62,271 bases of DNA from IMG/VR virus record IMGVR_UViG_3300050135_000024, positions 1 through 62,271 of that record; one strand, given 5' to 3'. The notes under the pieces were generated by a model. The model did no database searches. It was not told the DNA's origin and saw only the letters and a list, made by a program, of their open reading frames with translations. Source of the DNA: a virus. Lineage: Duplodnaviria; Caudoviricetes. Positions 56,354 to 62,271 of the stretch are shown one piece after another. The stretch's first letter is position 1. Every line of letters starts with the position of its first letter. The position numbers and the translations under genes are program-made.

Positions 56354-56756
56354 GTAGATACCCCATCATCGAGAAGGAGCCGGTCTTCGACCTGCTGGAG
56401 CGCTGGTTTGAACTGCGGCCCAGACGGGCTCCCCTCCCGGGGTCGGTCGGCGAGGAGCTCGTGCAGCTTACCGAGGCCTTTCTCCGCGACCACGGCCGTC
56501 TGAAAGCCGACTCCGATGAGTGAGCGCGCAGTGAAGCGACCTTGCCACGGCGATGTCTGGGAGCAGATGCCAATGCGGGAGGGGAGTCCTAGCCCGCGCG
56601 GTAGATTCGTGGTTCTGCACGTATGCGGTCATCATGAGCCGCCAGAGGTTACGGGCGTGTGGCAGTCCAACGGACACGCTGATCCAGCGCTGCCTGATTC
56701 GATTCCCCTCCCGCGATTCGAGGAGCAGTTTCGGCTGGTAGAGCGGGAAGCCACCG

Positions 56757-57161
56757 ATGAGTGAGCGGGACGTGAGCGGATTGAGTTTTGGGGGTCTGCG
56801 CGAGCGCGTGATCGACGAGGGGATCGAGGCCGTACGCCGGGACTATACGAGGGCCGATCAGAAGGAAAAGCTGGAGGGGTCAGTCGCGGGCTTTGAGGGA
56901 TGCCGTGGCCTCGACCAGAACGAGCTGGCGGACCTGCTCACGACTGCGCGCGGGTGGGCGAACAAGCGGGCGCTGAGGGCCTACGACGATGCCGAGGCTG
57001 GCCGTAGCTACTGGTGGCACCGCTGCTTTGAGCTTGAGGTCGAGTGGGTCTGCAACGTTCTTTCTGCCGCCTTGATGAACAGCGGCCTGCCGACCATCGT
57101 TCCGCCGACCGCACGCGGGGCCATGAAGGCGGCGCAGATCCTCGGAGTGGCTGACCGATGA
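56757..57161 (+). CDS. Hypothetical protein
   Basis: GF..CR...YW..RC..LEVEWV.NVLSA pattern. Confidence 0.6.
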   Translation: MSERDVSGLSFGGLRERVIDEGIEAVRRDYTRADQKEKLEGSVAGFEGCRGLDQNELADLLTTARGWANKRALRAYDDAEAGRSYWWHRCFELEVEWVCNVLSAALMNSGLPTIVPPTARGAMKAAQILGVADR

Positions 57162-57565
57162 GTGAGCGTCTACAGGTCGAGGTCATACGAGCCGACGAGC
57201 TTGCCGTGGGCGACGAGGCGATCATCGTGGAGTTCCGGGGCAAGGTCGCCGCGACGCGAGCGCTGACCCGCAACGACGGTCCACACTTTCGACAAGGGGT
57301 CTGGATCACCCTGGCCAGCGACGAGGGCGCAGAACTGTCGAGCGACTCACCCGTCTTGCGTGTGGTTCGTGCCCCAGCCGAGCCGACAGAGGCACACGCG
57401 AAGGCGCTCGCGGCGCTTCTCTACGAAGACCAGAACCCCGGCACTCTCGGGCATCGCGTATGGGCCGACATTCCGCCCGTCTATCGAGAGGCGTGGTTCA
57501 GGCGAGCCAACCAGCTTCTCGCTCTCGTTGCTCGCGCCGAGACGGACTCGGAGAAGCCGTCGTGA
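57158..57565 (+). CDS. Hypothetical protein
   Basis: ATGA coupling. Confidence 0.55.
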   Translation: MSERLQVEVIRADELAVGDEAIIVEFRGKVAATRALTRNDGPHFRQGVWITLASDEGAELSSDSPVLRVVRAPAEPTEAHAKALAALLYEDQNPGTLGHRVWADIPPVYREAWFRRANQLLALVARAETDSEKPS

Positions 57566-57596
57566 CCGTAGCCGTCTACGACCGCTTCCTCGCGCC

Positions 57597-58157
57597 GTGA
57601 GACTCGCGTACGCTGATCCGCCCTACCTCGGCTGCTGTGGCCTGTACGGCCACGATCACCGTGAGGATTGGGGATGCTGGGACTTCGCGGTGAGCCACGC
57701 GAAGCTGATTGAGCACCTAACGATCCGCTACCCGGATGGCTGGGCGCTAAGCGCCAGCTCCCCTTCGCTGAGGACGCTTCTGCCGCTTTGCCCCGAGGAT
57801 GTGCGTGTCGCTGCGTGGGTCAAGCCGTTCTGTGCGTTCAAGCGTGGCGTGCGCCCCTGCTATGCATGGGAGCCAGTGAGCTTCCGCGGCGGCCGCAACC
57901 CCCCCGGCACGCCCCACGCGCCCCCAGAGAAGAACGGCGCGCAGACAACGCCCAAGGACTTCATCGCCGAGTCGATCACGCTACAGAAGGGGCTGACGGG
58001 CGCTAAGCCCCTGAAGGTCTGTCGCTGGATTCTCGAACTACTCGGCTACCAAGAGGACGACCAGCTGGTGGACCTATTCCCTGGCACTGGAGCAATGGAC
58101 GATGCGTTGGCTCGGCCTCCCCTGTTCGACACCCTGGAGCCAGTGACGTGGCGCTAA
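57597..58157 (+). CDS. Compact DNA adenine methyltransferase-like protein
   Basis: YADPPY, WVK, WEP, GAKP and DLFPGTG. Confidence 0.75.
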   Translation: MRLAYADPPYLGCCGLYGHDHREDWGCWDFAVSHAKLIEHLTIRYPDGWALSASSPSLRTLLPLCPEDVRVAAWVKPFCAFKRGVRPCYAWEPVSFRGGRNPPGTPHAPPEKNGAQTTPKDFIAESITLQKGLTGAKPLKVCRWILELLGYQEDDQLVDLFPGTGAMDDALARPPLFDTLEPVTWR

Positions 58158-59308
58158 GCGGCTTCGCGATCAATGGCACGGGCTTCTTCTCCCCACCGTT
58201 GACGATCGCTGGCCCCGTCCGGGCCGATTGCTCGAGCGAGGACCACGCGGGCAGCGTTTACGTCACGGTCTGCTCGGTAGCCGCATGCGCACTCATGTAC
58301 GCGCTGCTCGAGCGTCTTGGCCGCGATCGTGCCGCACTCCGCGCACGTCCTGCTCGTGTTCCTTGCATCGACCGGGATCACCTGGCGGCCAGCATCTTCC
58401 GCTTTGTCCGCCAGGTACGTGAGGAACTGTCCCCACCCCTGATCGTTCACGTCTCGTGCGAGGGCGCTCCGGGCGAGCCCACGCACATTCAAGTTCTCGA
58501 CCGCGATCACGTCGAAGCGCTCGACCAGCTGCCGGCTCAGCTTGTGCGCGTGGTCGCGACGCACATTGCGCTCGTGTTCACGGTGGCGGCCGAGCAGCGT
58601 CGCCGCCTTGCGCCTGCCGTGAGAGCCGCGCTGACGCCGGGCGACCCTGCGCGCGGCGCGTCTGACCTTCGCGGCTGCGGCGCGCTGCGCCCGCGGCCCG
58701 GCGATCAGCTCGCCAGTCGAGAGGGCCGCGAAGGTGGAGACGCCAAGATCGAGCCCGACGCTCTCGCCCGTCGCCGGCAGCGGCCGGGGTGCCACGCCGT
58801 CGAGCGCGATCGACGCGAACCATCGGCCGTTGCGGCGTGTCACCTGCGCGGTGCAGAGCTTCGCGCCAGCGGGGAGCGCCCGGTGCATCTTGAGCTTGAC
58901 GTGCCCGACGGCCTGCAAGCGCAGCCGGCCCGCGTCCGTGACCGCAGCGCCATTACCGATCGCCCACTCCAGCGTGTCGAACCGCTGACGACTGCGGAAC
59001 CTCGGATAGCCCGGCTTCTCGCCCGCCTTGCATCGACGGTAGAACGCCTGCATCGCTCGATCGAGACGGCGCAGCGTGGCCCGCTGCGAGTTGAAGCTGA
59101 CCTCGGGGTCGAGGATTCCCTCAGCACGGAGCGTCTTGAGCTCGGCATCCTGGTCATAGAGGCTGACCGACCGGCCCTGCTCGTGCCACGCGTCGCGGCG
59201 ATGCTGGAGCGCCGCGTTGTACAGGTCGCACGCTTCGCCGAGCTGCTGCTCGAGCGCCTGTGCCTGCCTGCGCGTCGGATACAGGCGATATCGGTAGGTG
59301 CGGCGCAC
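58154..59308 (-). CDS. tnpB: TnpB RNA-guided endonuclease (IS200/IS605 family, no tnpA)
   Basis: YRYRLYPT, GYPRFR, RuvC D-E-D (GLDLG, AVENL, DRDVNAA) and CxxC zinc finger; right end GTCAC at 58147-58143. Confidence 0.92.
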   Translation of the reverse strand: MRRTYRYRLYPTRRQAQALEQQLGEACDLYNAALQHRRDAWHEQGRSVSLYDQDAELKTLRAEGILDPEVSFNSQRATLRRLDRAMQAFYRRCKAGEKPGYPRFRSRQRFDTLEWAIGNGAAVTDAGRLRLQAVGHVKLKMHRALPAGAKLCTAQVTRRNGRWFASIALDGVAPRPLPATGESVGLDLGVSTFAALSTGELIAGPRAQRAAAAKVRRAARRVARRQRGSHGRRKAATLLGRHREHERNVRRDHAHKLSRQLVERFDVIAVENLNVRGLARSALARDVNDQGWGQFLTYLADKAEDAGRQVIPVDARNTSRTCAECGTIAAKTLEQRVHECACGYRADRDVNAARVVLARAIGPDGASDRQRWGEEARAIDREAA

Positions 59309-59578
59309 CCGCGCATCGTCTACAACGCGCCGGACATCACCGCGACCCTGGAGTCAGCGTGACCCCGCAACTGCGCGCCGCTCTCGATGATCCGAAGGTG
59401 GCGGCGGCAAAGGCGGCTCTGGATGAGGCTGAGCGAGCCGAGCATGCCATGTTGGAGATCGCAGCAGCAGCAGAACGCGCCTGGAAGGAGGCGGTTGCTC
59501 GCCGGGAGGCCCGTTTCTGGGCCTACGCAAAGGCGCTCGAACGCTATCGGGAGCGAGCGTGACCCCGGCGGACAAAAC

Positions 59579-59920
59579 ATGATCTTCAAGCCCGAGCTTG
59601 CAGCGAAGGTGATGGCTGGCGAGAAGACGGTCACGCGTCGCCTGTGCTCGGACAACCCGCGCTCGCCGTGGTGGCATGAGCGGTGCATCTACGTGCCGGG
59701 CCAAGAGTTCTCGGTACAGCCGGGGCGTGGCAAGCCGCGCGTCGGCACCGCGTGCGTCGTCCTGTGCTCGAGAATGATGCTCGGCGAAATGTGGAGCGCA
59801 GAGGCCAAGCGAGAGGGCTTCACGAGCGTCTCGGCATTCATCGCCGCATGGTCGGAGATCAACGGCTGCTTTGATGTCTTCGCGCGGGTCTGGCGCGTCG
59901 AGTTCGAGGTGCTCCGGTGA
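59579..59920 (+). CDS. ASCH-domain protein
   Basis: F.......V..G.KT.TRR, QPGRG, A..EGF and VW.VEF. Confidence 0.8.
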   Translation: MIFKPELAAKVMAGEKTVTRRLCSDNPRSPWWHERCIYVPGQEFSVQPGRGKPRVGTACVVLCSRMMLGEMWSAEAKREGFTSVSAFIAAWSEINGCFDVFARVWRVEFEVLR

Positions 59921-60102
59921 GCCGAGACGACCTCAAGCTGGCGGCCGACCTGATTGGCAACCTGCTCTGGCTGGCCATCGCTATCGCCCTGATCGTGCTA
60001 CTTGCCACTGGCGATCTGACCGTCACGGCGCACTTCCGTTGACGCGAGCCGCGTAACCCCCGTTGCTGGTCCATTAGTTTTGGGGGGCCTGCGAACCCGG
60101 CG

Positions 60103-60807
60103 CTAATCGCCCCAGTCGATCGCCCTCATCTCGGCGGCGAGTTCGGGGTCGTTGACGTGAAGGTAGATGCTGGTGGTCTCGATCGAGGCGTGTCCCATGA
60201 GCTGCTGGAGCTTGAGGATCGAGACGCCGTGGCCCAGGCAGTCGGTCGCAAAAGTGTGGCGCAGCGTGTGCGGGTGCGCCTTCTTTGTGTCGATGCCGGC
60301 CTTGAGCATCCGCCGTCGAATGCTCTTATAGGTCGAGTCGGTGGTGACGCCGAGGTTCGGCAGCTCGCCGTGGCGGCTACATGCGCCACGACGGATTGAG
60401 ATGAACAGCGGCGCGTCGTCCTTGCGGGTGCGCGAGTAGCGCCCGCGCATCTGAAGCCAGCGGGTCAGCAGATCGAGCGTCGCAGCGTCGGCGTAGACGG
60501 TGCGCTCCTTCTTGCCCTTCCCGGTCACGCGAATATTGCCCGTCTCCCAATCGACGTCGCCGAGCCGGACACCGCACGCCTCGTGGATACGCAACCCACA
60601 GCGATACATCAGCTGCATGATGCAGCGGTCGCGGAAGCCTGTCGGCACTCGCATGTTGGGCGTGCTCATCAGCTTCTTGACCTCTGCGGCGGTGAGCACG
60701 CCCGGCAGCCGCCGCCCCTTGCGCGGGCCTCGGTGCGCGGTGCGACTGAGTGCGGTTTTGCTCGCAGGCACGGGCGCCTCTTTCCGGGCTGGCAGGGAGT
60801 GCGACAA
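60103..60807 (-). CDS. Tyrosine recombinase (catalytic domain only, Xer/Fim-like)
   Basis: GLR..E, GKG.K.R, HPHTLRH, GH and Y; lacks core-binding and arm-binding domains. Confidence 0.9.
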   Translation of the reverse strand: MSHSLPARKEAPVPASKTALSRTAHRGPRKGRRLPGVLTAAEVKKLMSTPNMRVPTGFRDRCIMQLMYRCGLRIHEACGVRLGDVDWETGNIRVTGKGKKERTVYADAATLDLLTRWLQMRGRYSRTRKDDAPLFISIRRGACSRHGELPNLGVTTDSTYKSIRRRMLKAGIDTKKAHPHTLRHTFATDCLGHGVSILKLQQLMGHASIETTSIYLHVNDPELAAEMRAIDWGD

Positions 60808-60859
60808 ATAAGGATTCCTCGCACCCTATCGACCCACTTTGCGGGGCGGCGACGGTAGG

Positions 60860-61252
60860 ATGGACTCTATCGTGCGAAACGACGAGTGCTTTGAGTGTGG
60901 GGCGCCAGCGGTCGAAGATCATCACGTGATCCCTCGATCGCGCGGTGGAACCAAGACCGTGCCGCTCTGCGCAGCCTGCCACAATCTCGTCCACGATCGC
61001 GATGGCAACCGGACGGATTCGGTGGCCACGCTGATCGCTGAGGGCCACTCACTACCGCGCGCCCGCAGCCACCAGCAAGTTCTCCGGGCGCTGCGGCGGG
61101 AGAAAGTTCGAGTGGCCGAGCCGCCGCAGCTGGTCAAGGACCGCACGGTCGCAGGGATGTCCTATGAGGAGTGGCGGCCGTGGCTGGACAAGACGCTCCG
61201 GACCGAACGCGAGCTGCGCGAGAAGGTCCGCGCTGCGCTGGAGGACAACTGA
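60860..61252 (+). CDS. HNH endonuclease
   Basis: CFECG....HHVIPRSRGG..TVPLC..CH..VH. Confidence 0.8.
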   Translation: MDSIVRNDECFECGAPAVEDHHVIPRSRGGTKTVPLCAACHNLVHDRDGNRTDSVATLIAEGHSLPRARSHQQVLRALRREKVRVAEPPQLVKDRTVAGMSYEEWRPWLDKTLRTERELREKVRAALEDN

Positions 61253-61255
61253 GCC

Positions 61256-61284
61256 TTGACATACCGGCAGCGGGCCGCTAGCAT
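61256..61284 (+). promoter_or_regulatory. Sigma70-like promoter
   Basis: TTGACA-17 nt-TAGCAT. Confidence 0.6.
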
Positions 61285-61294
61285 CCCGCGTGTT

Positions 61295-61519
61295 GTGAGC
61301 GCACCCGACCAGACCCTCGCCAAGACGCTGCGCCAGGTGCGGCGCCTGCGCCACGAAACCCAGGAGGGCTTGGCGCACAAGGCGGGGCTTACCGGCGCGG
61401 CCTACGCCCGAATCGAGCGCGGCACGGCCAACCCGTCATGGACGACGGTCTGCCGGCTCGCCCGAGCACTCGGGACCAGCGTGAGCGACATCGCGCGCTT
61501 GGTAGAGGACGAGTCGTGA
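61295..61519 (+). CDS. XRE-family HTH regulator
   Basis: TQEGLAHKAGLT..AYARIERGTANPSW. Confidence 0.88.
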   Translation: MSAPDQTLAKTLRQVRRLRHETQEGLAHKAGLTGAAYARIERGTANPSWTTVCRLARALGTSVSDIARLVEDES

Positions 61520-62271
61520 CCGACCACGACACCCCACAGACCGCACGAGGAGGCCGACCGTGGCTAGCGAGGACCGGGAGTGCGCATTTCGATCGCCTCG
61601 GGATGGCGGCACGATCGAGGACAGGCCCTCGAGTGCACCGTGCGAGTTCGCTGGCCATGAATGGCGAGACGCTGGCGGTGGCCTCGAGATCTGTGTGCTG
61701 TGCGAGGCCGAACGTTGGGCTGCGGAGGCCCGTGATGGCTAGCGTGGACCGGGAGCGATTCTGCAGCTGCGGCGGCTACTGGCAGGTGTTCGAGAACGGG
61801 ACGTTTTGTAAAACGTGCGACAAGAGAAGGATCACGCCGCTCTATCTGACGGATCAGCCGGGCGGCAAGCGCGCTGTTGAGCATGGCTGCACCTGCCCGG
61901 TCGAGCAACCCGAGGCGATGTCTAACCGCTTCACCGCCGACAAAGAATGCCCGCTACACGGCCTGCACATTACCAAGGCGACGATCGAGAGTGCGTCATG
62001 ACTGAGGACCGGGAGCTATCGCCAGCAGAACAAGAGGCGCTGGAACGCTCAGCTGGTGCGCGGATTGGACGATGGGAGCACTCGGAAGCTCGTGAGTTGA
62101 AAATCTGGCGTGACGCTATCGCCTACGCCGAGCAGCAACAAGGTGGCGACGTGGTGTTGATCGCTCGGTGTCCCGAGCACGGTCTGCACGGACAGCGCAC
62201 CACCTGCTTCGAGTGCGGTGGACTGGTCGACCAAGTGCCGTTCACGGCCGCCGAGCAGCGTCATGTCGAGC

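Larger units (their letters stand above)
55322..56365. mobile_element. Non-autonomous TIR element carrying a DNA methyltransferase
   Basis: 23-bp TIRs (20/23 match) and 10-bp direct repeat TCATCGAGAA on both flanks. Confidence 0.8.
55221..56523 (+). pseudogene. Phage gene split by the methyltransferase element
   Basis: Removing 55322-56375 restores the frame: ...ERVEVIE|KEPVFDLLERW... Confidence 0.75.

Noticed and set aside
55595-58157. Complete restriction-modification or defence system
   Set aside because: No cognate restriction endonuclease adjacent; both methyltransferases look orphan.
58148-59362. 404-aa + strand ORF
   Set aside because: Antisense shadow of tnpB in GC-rich DNA; no motifs.

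Overview
The window is about 62 kb of a high-GC tailed (siphovirus-like) phage or prophage, probably of an actinobacterial host; the host is inferred from GC content and gene content. From left to right it contains: an HK97-like major capsid gene; a ~9.6 kb cluster of glycosyltransferase-like and sugar-modifying genes; head-tail and tail genes (tail tube, frameshifting chaperone, tape measure with peptidoglycan-hydrolase domains, Dit/hub, fibres); an accessory region with several dif-like sites; a leftward replication block with iteron-like repeats; lysis/membrane genes; a tRNA island; a decayed IS; and a long rightward early-gene region with two DNA methyltransferases, a TnpB, HNH/EndoVII nucleases and a tyrosine recombinase. 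No terminase, portal, reverse transcriptase or CRISPR array is visible. The strongest unexplained signals are (1) five 19-bp repeats, four in translationally coupled SPSHEA mini-ORFs, that separate small unrelated genes like a cassette array; (2) a transposase-less 1-kb TIR/TSD element carrying a DNA methyltransferase that splits a phage gene; (3) three full dif-like sites and one half site arranged like pdif modules; (4) a tRNA-Glu with a UUCG hairpin inserted in its D-loop; (5) the large putative virion-glycosylation cluster; and (6) a permuted papain-like peptidase with an in-frame gene insertion. All product calls come from motif recognition by eye, not from database searches.
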